Counted from the stretch's first letter, positions 9,469 through 19,113 are shown. The stretch is DNA of 64,000 bases from an uncultured Selenomonas sp. (GCA_963521685.1 CAUQVG010000002.1:12041-76040); one strand, 5' to 3'. Notes: generated by a model not told the origin, from the sequence alone. Made by a program: numbers and translations.

Positions 9469-10278
9469 ATGAAGCATACGGAACAACATCAGCCCGGTGC
9501 GCGCCCTGCAGAGCAGCGCTCCGACATTCTTGCCGGCCGTCATGCAGTCATGGAGGCGATGAAGGCGGGGCGCGGGATCAACCGCATTCTGCTCGCTGAC
9601 GGGCTTCATGGCGGCGGCGTGCGGGAACTGCGCGACCTTGCGCGAGAGCATGGAGTTACGACAGATGTCGTCAGTCGCTCGAAGCTGGATGCAGCGGTGC
9701 CTGAAGGTGTACGCCATCAGGGCGTGATTGCCTATGCTGCCCCTGTTTCCTATGTTCCTGTTGAGGAGATTATCGCGGCAGCACGTGCCCGCGGCGAGGA
9801 TCCTCTTCTGCTCCTCCTTGACGGCATCGAAGATCCGCAGAACCTCGGAGCACTGCTCCGCACGGCAGATGCCGCGGGGGTGCACGGGATACTTCTGCCG
9901 CGCCGTCACAGTGTTCCGTTGACGGAGACGGTGGCGCGCGTATCGGCAGGGGCTCTCGAATACGTTCCCGTTGCCCGCATCGGCAATATCGCACAGACCA
10001 TGCGCGCACTGAAGGAGCAGGGCTTTTGGATCGCAGGAGCCGATATGTCGGGCGAGGAGACCTATGACCGTGCAAACCTCACGGGCGCGCTCGTCCTTGT
10101 TATCGGCAGCGAAGGGCGCGGCATGAGCCGGCTCACGCGTGATCTCTGCGATTTTACTGTACGCCTGCCAATGTGCGGGAAGATCAACTCACTCAATGCC
10201 TCTGCGGCAGGGGCCATTCTCATGTATGAGGCACTCCGCCAGCGCATGGCAAAGGCAGCGGTGGTGCAGCATGGCTAG
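9469..10278 (+). CDS. rlmB: 23S rRNA (Gm2251) methyltransferase, TrmH/SpoU family
   Basis: GRHAVMEA, HQGV, DPQNLGALLRTA, GSEGRG, SLNAS. Confidence 0.94.
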   Translation: MKHTEQHQPGARPAEQRSDILAGRHAVMEAMKAGRGINRILLADGLHGGGVRELRDLAREHGVTTDVVSRSKLDAAVPEGVRHQGVIAYAAPVSYVPVEEIIAAARARGEDPLLLLLDGIEDPQNLGALLRTADAAGVHGILLPRRHSVPLTETVARVSAGALEYVPVARIGNIAQTMRALKEQGFWIAGADMSGEETYDRANLTGALVLVIGSEGRGMSRLTRDLCDFTVRLPMCGKINSLNASAAGAILMYEALRQRMAKAAVVQHG

Positions 10279-10804
10279 GCCAAGGGAATCCGAATACTAT
10301 CTTGTCGACGGCTACAACGTCATTAACGCATGGCCGGAGCTCATTCGCCTGCGCGGCAAGCTTGACGAAGCCCGCGATGTTCTCGTGCATATCCTTACAG
10401 AGTACGGGGCGTTCGAGAACTACGAGATGACGGTGGTATTCGATGCTTTCTTCACTGAGGATGAGGAGAAGGAACTCCGCATCAGCGACCGGATGAAGGT
10501 CATCTATACGGGCGCGGGAGAGACTGCAGACAGCTGCATCGAGCGCCTTGCCTATACCGCAGTCCGCGCGGGGCGTGAGGTACACGTTGTCACATCGGAC
10601 GGTGCAGAGCAGAGTGTCATTCTCGGTGCCGGAGCCTACCGCGTCACCTCGCCGGAGCTGCGCCGCTCTGTGAAAAAGGCAAAGAAATTGATGCGGGCGG
10701 AATTTATGAATCCGCATATTCGACCGCTCGGGCGCATTGAGCTTCACGAGCGCCTTGACAGCGATACACGCGCACGTCTTGAAGAACTGCGGCGAAAAAA
10801 ATAA
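10271..10804 (+). CDS. YacP/Rae1-like NYN-domain endoribonuclease
   Basis: LVDGYNVI, VVFDA, ETADSCIE, VVTSD; conserved position after rlmB. Confidence 0.9.
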   Translation: MARPRESEYYLVDGYNVINAWPELIRLRGKLDEARDVLVHILTEYGAFENYEMTVVFDAFFTEDEEKELRISDRMKVIYTGAGETADSCIERLAYTAVRAGREVHVVTSDGAEQSVILGAGAYRVTSPELRRSVKKAKKLMRAEFMNPHIRPLGRIELHERLDSDTRARLEELRRKK

Positions 10805-10812
10805 AAGATACG

Positions 10813-10853
10813 AAAAAAACGCTTTGACCAATATAGTGTCAAAGCGTTTTTTT
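10813..10853. terminator. Bidirectional terminator between convergent yacP and trkH
   Basis: A7-CGCTTTGAC...GTCAAAGCG-T7. Confidence 0.85.
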
Positions 10854-10865
10854 GTGCACTGGATA

Positions 10866-12314
10866 TTACCATCGTTTCGTCTTGCGCCAGAATGAGGGGC
10901 GAAGAAGGATCAGCAGCGTAAATATTTCGAGGCGGCCGAGGAGCATTGAGAGACACAGAATTGTCTTTGCAAAGTCCGACAGCGGCGCATAGGTAGAGGT
11001 CGCGCTCACTATGCCGAATGCAGGACCGATATTCCCGAGGGTTGTGACAGCGACGGCAATTGCATCGAATGGCAGCAGTCCATCCATTGTGAGGAGAAAT
11101 GCCGTTATGAAGATAATTGCAATATAGAGAAAGAAGAAGGTGCCTGTGCGCAGAAGCATGGCGCTGTCTACATGTGCCCCGCCAAGCGAGATATCGATGA
11201 CGCGGTGAGGATTCAGCTTTTGCAGAATCACGGCACGAGCATTGCGTACAAGGAGGATAATGCGTGCCACCTTGATGCCGCTTGCAGTGGAGCCTGCACA
11301 GCCGCCGATGGTCATCAGGATCAGCAGGAGAAGCTTTGAGAACGTCGGCCATGTTTCAAAATCCGCTGAGACAAATCCTGTCGTCGAGAGAGAGGTCGTC
11401 TGAAAAATAGCAACGCGCACCGCTGTAAAGCTGTCCATGTCCATCTCAATGATGAGGTTCAGTGCGATCAGGAGTATCGCGGTGAGCGCAATGCCGAGAT
11501 AGGTACGGAATTCCGTGTTGTGCAGGATGGCGGACGGCCCCCTGAGCCAAGCCCTGTAATAGAGGGAGAAGCTGCCGCCTGCAAGGAACATGAAGAGGGC
11601 GGTCCACATCTCGAATGCGGGGCTGTGGAAGTGCATCGTGCTGTCATCATAGGTTGAAAAGCCGCATGTTCCGATCGTGGACATGGCATGTGTGACGGCT
11701 ATGCCGAAATCCACTCCGCAGAGCATGAAGACAATCGTTGTGACGGCAGTAAAGCCGAGATAAATCTTGAAGAGTGCTATCGTCATGTCACGCAGGCGCG
11801 GCATGACACGGTCCATTGTTGGCCCCGCGCCCTCAGCATTGTACATATAGACTGTGCTTGCACCTGACTGCGGGAGCAGTGCAATGAAGATGACGATAAT
11901 ACCGAGTCCGCCGATCCATGCCGTCATCATACGCCAGAAAAGGATGCTGTACGGGAGGCCTTCGAGGGAGGAAAATACCGTTGCCCCCGTGCCCGTGAAA
12001 CCGGAGACGCTTTCAAAGAGTGCATCAAGAAAGCCGAGATAACCGCCGAGAAGGTAGGGGAGCATCCCGAGAAATGTCCCTGTGAACCATCCGAATGCCG
12101 TGATGGTAATGCCCTCACGTGCCGTCAGTTCCTCCGCGGGACGGCCGTAACGGCGGAACCCGGTGCCAAGAAACGCACTGATGAGCATGGAGAGCATGAA
12201 TGCCTGACGGCTCGGCTCATCGTTGATGATCGCGAGGCTGAGCGGTATTATGAGTGCCGCCGTCATGGCGAAGGAGAGGCGTGAAAGAATATAGTTGATC
12301 ATATAGCTGTTCAT
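10866..12314 (-). CDS. trkH: Trk K+ uptake membrane subunit
   Basis: FESVSGFTGTG, WIGGLG, GGCAGSTASGIK, LGNIGP, GRLEI. Confidence 0.93.
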   Translation of the reverse strand: MNSYMINYILSRLSFAMTAALIIPLSLAIINDEPSRQAFMLSMLISAFLGTGFRRYGRPAEELTAREGITITAFGWFTGTFLGMLPYLLGGYLGFLDALFESVSGFTGTGATVFSSLEGLPYSILFWRMMTAWIGGLGIIVIFIALLPQSGASTVYMYNAEGAGPTMDRVMPRLRDMTIALFKIYLGFTAVTTIVFMLCGVDFGIAVTHAMSTIGTCGFSTYDDSTMHFHSPAFEMWTALFMFLAGGSFSLYYRAWLRGPSAILHNTEFRTYLGIALTAILLIALNLIIEMDMDSFTAVRVAIFQTTSLSTTGFVSADFETWPTFSKLLLLILMTIGGCAGSTASGIKVARIILLVRNARAVILQKLNPHRVIDISLGGAHVDSAMLLRTGTFFFLYIAIIFITAFLLTMDGLLPFDAIAVAVTTLGNIGPAFGIVSATSTYAPLSDFAKTILCLSMLLGRLEIFTLLILLRPSFWRKTKRW

Positions 12315-12320
12315 AGATTT

Positions 12321-13763
12321 CTACCACTTATGCCCTGTATCGTCGAGAAGTGAGCCGATGAAGAGGAAGAATGCAAAGATTTCGATGCGTCCCAGGATCA
12401 TCAGCAGTGCGCAGATCATTTTTGTCCACACAGGCAGCGCAGCAGCCGTGTCCAGATCGGCAAGCGAAGAGACGCCCCCCGTTGTCGTCAGGCAAGAGAT
12501 CGTCAGAGAGATCGTCTCAATGGGGCTGAGACCTGCAAGACCAACGAGCAGGCTGCTGATGGAAAAGACAGCGGCGAAAAAAAATGCAAGAACGAGAATC
12601 CTCCCTGCGGAATGGAGAGGGACAACTTCGCCGCCTTGGCGCACGGCCAAAACCATACGGGGATGCAGCGTGCGCAGAAGCTCCGACCAGGCGAGGGAGA
12701 TCAGGACAAGCACGCGCGAGAGGCGGAATCCGCCCGCCGCTGATCCCATACAGCCGCCGACAATCGCAAGCAGCATGAGGAGGAGTTCTGCACCATTATG
12801 GAAAGGAACCTCTTCCTGCAGCATCAGCCCGTTTGTCGAGAGGAAGGAGATCGCATAAAAATACCCGTAGCTGAACGCTGTCGAAATGGGCAGTGTATCA
12901 TGCAATAGAGGGAGAACAGCAAGCAAGGTCCCTGCGCAGAGAAAGAGAATGAAAAAGGAACGAAGCTCCATATGGCGCAAGAGAGCCCCTCCAGCGCGCA
13001 GACGCAGCATCTGCCAGAGTGTAAGCAGAGGGAGCGCTGAGAGGAGGGAAACAAGACCGGCACCGAGCATCATTGCACTTGTCGGCGGGAGTCCCTCGGT
13101 GATCGGACCTGCTCCTGAAGAGATTGTAAACAGCGCGAGAATGAGGGCCTGGAAGATTTTATCTCCTGCCAGGAGGTAGATTCCTGCTGCTATGAGTGTG
13201 ATAACGATATAGAGGAGAACCATCTCTCGCATAGGGCGCATCATACGATTCCATAAAGGACTGAACAGGCGTTCCTGCGGCACGGAAAAATCAACGCCGA
13301 AGCACCCGCTGACAACAGGCAGCACGGATACGAGGATCACAATGAAGAGAAGTCCGCCGAACCAGCTCATAAGAGCTCTCCACAGAAGGAGCGTGGGGGG
13401 CAGCACTCCCTCTTTGAATACCGTCATCCCTGTTGTCGTCAGGGCGGAGATGCACTCAAAAAATGTATCTGCAGGAGAAAGATGAAGGCCTGCCAGATGA
13501 AATGGAAGCATGCCGAGTACGGCAAGCAGAAACCATACGGAAAGCAGGAAGAGCGTCCCCTCCTGTATGGAGAGCTGACGCATATGGCTGCGCCCCATAT
13601 TGCCGAAGACCATGCCAAGCACCGCAGTTAGGACCGTAAGGGCAAGGAATGATCCTGCCGCAGGGTCATCGGACATGAAGCCGTAGGCAAAGGGGATGAG
13701 ATACAGCGGCGCAAAGACATATGCTGTGCGCCCCATCAGCACCCAAAATAAATCGAAACGCAT
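12321..13763 (-). CDS. trkH: Second, divergent TrkH-family membrane subunit
   Basis: FECISALTTTG, WFGG, GGCMGSAAGG, GRIEI. Confidence 0.88.
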   Translation of the reverse strand: MRFDLFWVLMGRTAYVFAPLYLIPFAYGFMSDDPAAGSFLALTVLTAVLGMVFGNMGRSHMRQLSIQEGTLFLLSVWFLLAVLGMLPFHLAGLHLSPADTFFECISALTTTGMTVFKEGVLPPTLLLWRALMSWFGGLLFIVILVSVLPVVSGCFGVDFSVPQERLFSPLWNRMMRPMREMVLLYIVITLIAAGIYLLAGDKIFQALILALFTISSGAGPITEGLPPTSAMMLGAGLVSLLSALPLLTLWQMLRLRAGGALLRHMELRSFFILFLCAGTLLAVLPLLHDTLPISTAFSYGYFYAISFLSTNGLMLQEEVPFHNGAELLLMLLAIVGGCMGSAAGGFRLSRVLVLISLAWSELLRTLHPRMVLAVRQGGEVVPLHSAGRILVLAFFFAAVFSISSLLVGLAGLSPIETISLTISCLTTTGGVSSLADLDTAAALPVWTKMICALLMILGRIEIFAFFLFIGSLLDDTGHKW

Positions 13764-15112
13764 CAGTCGTCTCCAAAATAGGCAAGGGCTTTTTTCGCAA
13801 AACTCTTGAGGACGAAGAGGATCACGCGATCCCCGGGCATGAGTTCTGTCATTCCGTTCGGGATCGCAGCTGCCTCATCACGTACATAGGCACAGACGAG
13901 GCACTCGCGCGGGAGATTGGCATTCATTAATTTTTTTCCAACGATCGGAGCTCCCGGGCTGACAATTACCTCAAGCGCCTCTGCGCGTGCCCCTTCGAGC
14001 AGGGATACGCGCGTTACATCACCGCCGCGCGCATAGGCAAGAACCTCGCTCGCGGAGAGCAGCCGAGCAGAGAGTGCGATGTTGACGCCGACCTTCTCCA
14101 TAAGATCAATGTACTCATTTCGGTCTACGCGCACAACCGTCTTGATCTTATTGCTCGAGAGATGGCGTGCGAGCAGGGCGAGCATGAGGTTCAGCTTATC
14201 GTCCTCCGTCAGGCAGACGATAACATCTGCCTCGGCAACGCCTTCCTCCGTCAAGAGATCGATATCCGTTCCGTCCCCGCAGATTGCAAGACCTGCTGTC
14301 ATCTTTTCCGCGAGCAGTTCGCAGCGCTCGCGGCTGCGGTCAATGACCTTTACCTGCACGCCCTGCCGTTCGAGCATGAGCGCGAGCGCCCGCCCTGTCC
14401 GCCCTGCGCCGATAATGGCGGCGCGCGTCAGCTTATGCGTATCGCTGGGGACGAGACTGTGGCTGAACTCCTCGATGCGGTCCGGCAGTCCGATGAAGTA
14501 GGCATTGTCCCCCGGGAGGAATACATCATCGCCATGGGGAATGATCATGCGGTGATCGCGGAAAATCAGCCCCGCAAGAATCCCTTGCGGCAGCTTCAAT
14601 TCCTTGAGCGGCTTGCGTGCGATCATTGAACGTCGGCGGATACGCGTTTCGAAAAGGCGTACCTTGCCCTGCGCAAAATCCTCCACGTTAAGTGCGGCCG
14701 GTGTCATCAGAATACGGTTGATTTCATTTGCTGTAATGAGTTCCGGATTGAGCACGAGATCAATGTCGAAACTCTCTTTGAGGTACTGACTTGCTTCTGT
14801 GGTGAAGCCCATGTCGCGGATACGCGCAATTGTATGTACAATCCCATGCTTTTTGGCCAGCATACAGGCAACAATATTTACCTCGTCGCTATCCGTTACG
14901 GCGATGAGGATGTCTGCACTTTTGATGTCAGGGTCGGACATCGTGAGCGGGCTGGTAATATTTGCCGTGATCGTCAGTACGTCGAGCGTTGTTTTTGCCG
15001 CTTCAAGCTGGCTCTCCTCGCCGTCCACCACCACGACATCCATGCCCTCCTCCGAGAGCAGTGAAGCAATGCTGTAACCCAGACGCCCTGCGCCTGCAAC
15101 TACAATACGCAC
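13763..15112 (-). CDS. trkA: Trk system NAD-binding gating subunit
   Basis: Two RCK units with GAGRLG / GAGRTG; GTG start after GGAGG. Confidence 0.95.
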   Translation of the reverse strand: MRIVVAGAGRLGYSIASLLSEEGMDVVVVDGEESQLEAAKTTLDVLTITANITSPLTMSDPDIKSADILIAVTDSDEVNIVACMLAKKHGIVHTIARIRDMGFTTEASQYLKESFDIDLVLNPELITANEINRILMTPAALNVEDFAQGKVRLFETRIRRRSMIARKPLKELKLPQGILAGLIFRDHRMIIPHGDDVFLPGDNAYFIGLPDRIEEFSHSLVPSDTHKLTRAAIIGAGRTGRALALMLERQGVQVKVIDRSRERCELLAEKMTAGLAICGDGTDIDLLTEEGVAEADVIVCLTEDDKLNLMLALLARHLSSNKIKTVVRVDRNEYIDLMEKVGVNIALSARLLSASEVLAYARGGDVTRVSLLEGARAEALEVIVSPGAPIVGKKLMNANLPRECLVCAYVRDEAAAIPNGMTELMPGDRVILFVLKSFAKKALAYFGDD

Positions 15113-15329
15113 AATGAGTCCCTCCTGCGCTTGCTGAATAAATATAATGAAGTATACCATAGATTCGCTGTAAGTTAAACGTATCTTCTAACAGTCGCGG
15201 CAAATCTTTGCCTCTTTTTGGCATCACAATCGGTAAAATTGACCTTTGCCCCCCTTGCGCACTGTCCTCAAACATGATATACTAACCGTTGTCGCGTGAG
15301 CGTGTGCTTTTGTGCGCGCTCGCATAAGA

Positions 15330-15380
15330 ATAACTCTGCCGCTCTCTCGAGGGGCGGCCAAAGACCAAAGAGGAGGTGAT
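15330..15380 (+). promoter_or_regulatory. Putative S6:S18 autoregulatory leader RNA
   Basis: CTCT-GCCGCTCTCTCGAGGGGCGGCC-AAAGACCAAAGAGGAGG: inner hairpin, with outer pairing onto the SD, directly before rpsF as in the Firmicute S6:S18 motif. Confidence 0.65.
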
Positions 15381-15383
15381 TTC

Positions 15384-15677
15384 GTGAGATTGTACGAAGT
15401 CATATTTATTGTGAAGCCGATGGAGGAAGAAGCGACAAACGCCGTCATCGAGAAGTTCACGAAGCTCATTCAGGCAAACGGCGGTACGATTGAGAAAGAG
15501 GACCGTTGGGGCAAGAAGCGCCTTGCCTATGAGATCAAGGACAACAGTGAAGGATACTATGTTCTGCTGTACGTCAATGCAGAGCCCGCCTGCGTCGCTG
15601 AATGCGACCGCGTGATGAAGATCACTGACGATCTGCTCAAGCACATGATCGTCCGCGCGGACGGCGTCGAGGAATAA
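15384..15677 (+). CDS. rpsF: 30S ribosomal protein S6
   Basis: [24 protein letters not shown] after GGAGGTG. Confidence 0.97.
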   Translation: MRLYEVIFIVKPMEEEATNAVIEKFTKLIQANGGTIEKEDRWGKKRLAYEIKDNSEGYYVLLYVNAEPACVAECDRVMKITDDLLKHMIVRADGVEE

Positions 15678-15712
15678 AGCATGACGGGAATCCATGCAGG
15701 AGAGAGAAACTG

Positions 15713-16153
15713 ATGAACAGAGTCATACTGATCGGTCGCCTTGCGCGCGACCCGGAGATTCGTTATACACAGAGCGGAAAAGCATTCTGCCGCTTTACGA
15801 TTGCAGTGGACCGCCGTTTTTCACGGGCGGCTCAGCAGGAGGGCCAGCAGACGGCCGATTTTATCCCGGTGACCTGCTGGGAAAAACTGGCTGAAATCTG
15901 CGGCAACAACCTGACGAAGGGCCGACGTGTCGGCGTTGAGGGGCGTATTCAGGTACGCAGCTACGACGGCAATGACGGACAGCGCAAGTACGCGACAGAT
16001 GTGGTAGCGGACAACGTAGAGTTTCTCGATTCGAAGAATGCCGGAGGCTCTTCGGGCGGCTATGACGCCTCGACGGGGCAGAATGCAGCGCCGAGCGGAG
16101 CTGCGCCGGATATGATGGGACCCGTGATTCCGGACGACGACATTCCATTCTGA
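15713..16153 (+). CDS. ssb: Single-stranded DNA-binding protein
   Basis: MNRVILIGRLARDPE ... DDDIPF tail. Confidence 0.98.
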   Translation: MNRVILIGRLARDPEIRYTQSGKAFCRFTIAVDRRFSRAAQQEGQQTADFIPVTCWEKLAEICGNNLTKGRRVGVEGRIQVRSYDGNDGQRKYATDVVADNVEFLDSKNAGGSSGGYDASTGQNAAPSGAAPDMMGPVIPDDDIPF

Positions 16154-16199
16154 GCGCGTCGGCGCTCGGTATATCCCGTAATAAGGAGGGACAACCGAA

Positions 16200-16433
16200 A
16201 TGATGAAACGAGATCGAGGCCGCAAGCCTCGTCGCAAGGTCTGCTCGTTCTGCGTGGACAAGGTAGATCATATCGACTATAAGGATGCTGCAAAGCTGCG
16301 CCGTTTCACGACGGAGCGCGGGAAGATTCTTCCCCGCCGTATTTCCGGCAACTGCGCAAAGCATCAGCGTCAGGTAACGCTTGCAATCAAGCGCGCGCGC
16401 AACATTGCGCTTCTTCCGTTCACAGCGGAGTAA
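16200..16433 (+). CDS. rpsR: 30S ribosomal protein S18 (Zn-binding, C+ form)
   Basis: [26 protein letters not shown]. Confidence 0.98.
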   Translation: MMKRDRGRKPRRKVCSFCVDKVDHIDYKDAAKLRRFTTERGKILPRRISGNCAKHQRQVTLAIKRARNIALLPFTAE

Positions 16434-16447
16434 GGAAGATCTCAGCG

Positions 16448-16473
16448 TCGCACCCCACAGGTGCGGCGTTTTT
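16448..16473 (+). terminator. Terminator after rpsR
   Basis: CGCACC-CCACA-GGTGCG followed by GCG and a T tract. Confidence 0.7.
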
Positions 16474-16498
16474 CATTTCGAAAGAAAAAAGGAGATAT

Positions 16499-16816
16499 AT
16501 GAATCCGAAATGTACTTGACGGCGGCATCCAGATCGCAGGACGCAATCTCTTCAGTCCGAACGCCTCGACGAGCAATGCGATGTCGCTCGGATTGCTCTT
16601 TTTCTTCGGTTCGATGTTCTATATCTTTGCGACGATCGGCATAAAAGAATTCCTGCGGCAGGATGCTGAGGAGTGTGCACATCAGGGGACAAAACTTGCT
16701 CTGGAGGAGGCTGTGTAATGGATGCCGTATCCCTGATCTCTGAGCTCCGGAGTCGTCCGGTGCAGACGATTGTCTGTGACCGCATCCGCGTATGCATTTT
16801 ATCCGCGATTCCATAA
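16499..16816 (+). pseudogene. Remnant of a deleted two-gene operon (membrane-protein C-terminus plus start of the next gene)
   Basis: GGAG+ATG (MNPK) out of frame with NVLDGGIQIAG...GLLFFFGSMFYIFATIG...LEEAV*; TAATG coupling with GGAGG to a 32-aa stub. Confidence 0.45.
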
Positions 16817-16905
16817 TAAATTATTTACTTGTTCTTAAATGTACTCCAACGAAAAAGCGTTAGGGTAATACCGAAGATGGAAAAATAGATAAAGGGGCGA
16901 AGATC

Positions 16906-17229
16906 ATGAAAAATAAGAAATATATCTCTGGTATTTTGGCAGCTGCAGTGGGGCTCGGCATTATGGGGACGAATCTTTCCTGTTCCGAGGCGGCACCGTC
17001 TGCTCAGACACTCCGCTATGAGAACGGCGCATCGAATGAGTATAGCTTCCGTATGCGGGAGGAGGATCGCGTGCATGAGCAAAACATGCGCAAGATCCGC
17101 TTTGAGTTCCGCCGTGACGGCAATCAGGCGAAGTATGACCGTGCGGTGAGAGAGGAACAGAAACGCCATGATCAGGCGGTGGAAAATATCAAGCGCGATC
17201 ATCGAAACCGAAAGCCGTGGCGTCGCTGA
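16906..17229 (+). CDS. Small secreted hypothetical protein
   Basis: KNKK + hydrophobic signal peptide, AAGGGG RBS, charged helical mature part. Confidence 0.75.
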   Translation: MKNKKYISGILAAAVGLGIMGTNLSCSEAAPSAQTLRYENGASNEYSFRMREEDRVHEQNMRKIRFEFRRDGNQAKYDRAVREEQKRHDQAVENIKRDHRNRKPWRR

Positions 17230-17265
17230 ACGCGGAAGATACGGATAGGAAATGGGATTGTCCTT

Positions 17266-17527
17266 TGCAGTGACACCCAAGAGTTAGACCTAAAAGCGCA
17301 GGAAATCTCTTTCCTGCGCTTTTTCTATTCTTTTAAACAGGCGCGTTCTCGATGCCCAGCTTCAGATTCTCTTTCTGAAGGACTTTGAGGTGCTTTGCTG
17401 TCTCATTTTGCGGGAGTGATTGGCGTAGGTGCCCTTTTCCTTTCGGCTTTGCCTTGAGGGCATCCACGACGCCGCTGCGGTGCTCCTTTGGGAGGGCAGA
17501 TCACAATCCGCTTTGCAGGGCAGTCCA
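17266..17527 (-). mobile_element. Internally deleted IS3-family (IS150-like) remnant
   Basis: Ends TGCAGTGACACCCAAGAGTTAGACC and (minus) TGGACTGCCC; minus-strand fragment DALKAKPKGK...LQKENLKLGIENA resembles OrfA. Confidence 0.6.
17292..17324. terminator. Bidirectional terminator-like hairpin inside the IS remnant
   Basis: AAAAGCGCAGGAAA-TCTC-TTTCCTGCGCTTTTT. Confidence 0.75.
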
Positions 17528-17539
17528 GTTTTCTATACT

Positions 17540-18049
17540 TTATTTGAAATATACAGAAAGGAGGCGCTCGATTTCATTTGTCAGTTCTTCGATAGAGTGA
17601 TGCCGGCTGCGTGCACAGACCTGAGCCTGTTCTGTGCAGAGCAGACAGCGGCGCGGGAGCAGGCGGGAGAGTTTTATCCCATCTGCTGTGAGAACATCAA
17701 AGTCGAAGAGACGACCGAGCGGGTGCGTCTCCTCGATGCGAATACAGAGCTCTTTCAATAACGCGGCATCTCCTTTGACGGCAACGAGAGCCTCATCCCC
17801 AGTTGCTGCATGCACCTGCATCTGTGCAATGGGAGACAGATGCATACCTGTCAAATGCTCCTGCAGCGCCGAGAGTCCGGTCTCAAAAGCACGACGAAGC
17901 GCCGGGGAGGTCTTAACGGGGCCCGGGATATTGAGGGTAAACGAGAGCAGCGGGCATTGATATTGTTTCAGCCAAGCATCCTGTTGCCTTGCGCGTTCTT
18001 CACGTGCGGCGAGCATGGCGGAAAGTTCCACAGGGATACCGCAGAGCAT
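17540..18049 (-). CDS. citX: Apo-citrate lyase phosphoribosyl-dephospho-CoA transferase
   Basis: MLAAREER, LNIPGPVK, EETHPLGRLFDFDV, RRCLLC...CARSRHH. Confidence 0.93.
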   Translation of the reverse strand: MLCGIPVELSAMLAAREERARQQDAWLKQYQCPLLSFTLNIPGPVKTSPALRRAFETGLSALQEHLTGMHLSPIAQMQVHAATGDEALVAVKGDAALLKELCIRIEETHPLGRLFDFDVLTADGIKLSRLLPRRCLLCTEQAQVCARSRHHSIEELTNEIERLLSVYFK

Positions 18050-18060
18050 TATGGCTCCTT

Positions 18061-19104
18061 TCAATAATGTACGACATCTGCCGCCTCTGCAATTTTTTTG
18101 CGGATGGCGGCACTTTCTTCGCTCTGAAGGAAAGCCAGTGTTGTCGGCGGTACGAGTGCGGGAAGGGCGTCCATACTGCCGGACTGTATCGCACGGCGGA
18201 CGGTGGATGCGCTGATGGGTGCTCCTTCGCGTTCCTTGCGTGGGATCACTCTGCATTCGATGTCGGCAAGCGGGAGATCGTGGAGCATAATTTCATTGTA
18301 GAGGCGTGTGACACGGCTCGCCTGTTCTTCACCAACATAGCGGCGAGTGATGGAGAGCGCCTGTGCGATACGCGAAAAAACGGCGATATCGAGCTGTGCA
18401 TGGCTGCGGATCGCCGCATCCTCATCCTTTTGAAAATAGCTGGGGAAGGTCGCCTGGCTGATCATGTAGGGACCCGTTGCGTGATGAACGATATTCTTCA
18501 GATGTGCGGTTCCCTCGCGTACGAGGCGATCGCGTATATCATAGGGGAAGAAGCTCACATCCTCACTGACCACAAAGAGATGCAGGAGATCGTTCTCCGC
18601 TGCAGCCTGCTCCACGAGATACAGATGGCCATACGTGAACGGGTTTGCATTCAGTATAATCGCTGCCGCCGTGCCGTGTGTTGCTCCTGCTCCTGTTTCT
18701 GCCTGTAATTTTTTCAGATACTCTGGGAAGCCCCAGCTCCGATTTTCGAGAAAGACGATGGTATCAGAGACGCGTGCAATCTCATGGAAGCCGAGACTGC
18801 AGAAGAAGGGAGCGGAGGCGCCCTTCGTATAGAGAAAGACAGAGGAGTTCCCGCGTTCCTGTTGGACATTCATGAGATGGGTGAGGACTTTGTTCAGCAA
18901 GCCTTTTCCCTGATGTGCGTCATCTACGGCAAAGCAGCGCAGCGTGTTGGCGTAGCAGCTGCCTGTTGCGATGACCTGATGCGCGTCATCGAGGACGGCG
19001 CAGGTGTAGTCGATATTTGCGTCCATGCGGAGACCTTCCTTTTCAAGCAGCGCTTGTACTTGAGCAGTACCCGCATGGTCAGACGGATAGATTGTTGTTA
19101 TCAT
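18061..19104 (-). CDS. citC: [Citrate (pro-3S)-lyase] ligase
   Basis: N-terminal GNAT-like part, NANPFTYGH, ISQATFPSYF, ISASTVR. Confidence 0.96.
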   Translation of the reverse strand: MITTIYPSDHAGTAQVQALLEKEGLRMDANIDYTCAVLDDAHQVIATGSCYANTLRCFAVDDAHQGKGLLNKVLTHLMNVQQERGNSSVFLYTKGASAPFFCSLGFHEIARVSDTIVFLENRSWGFPEYLKKLQAETGAGATHGTAAAIILNANPFTYGHLYLVEQAAAENDLLHLFVVSEDVSFFPYDIRDRLVREGTAHLKNIVHHATGPYMISQATFPSYFQKDEDAAIRSHAQLDIAVFSRIAQALSITRRYVGEEQASRVTRLYNEIMLHDLPLADIECRVIPRKEREGAPISASTVRRAIQSGSMDALPALVPPTTLAFLQSEESAAIRKKIAEAADVVHY

Positions 19105-19113
19105 GATTACCTC

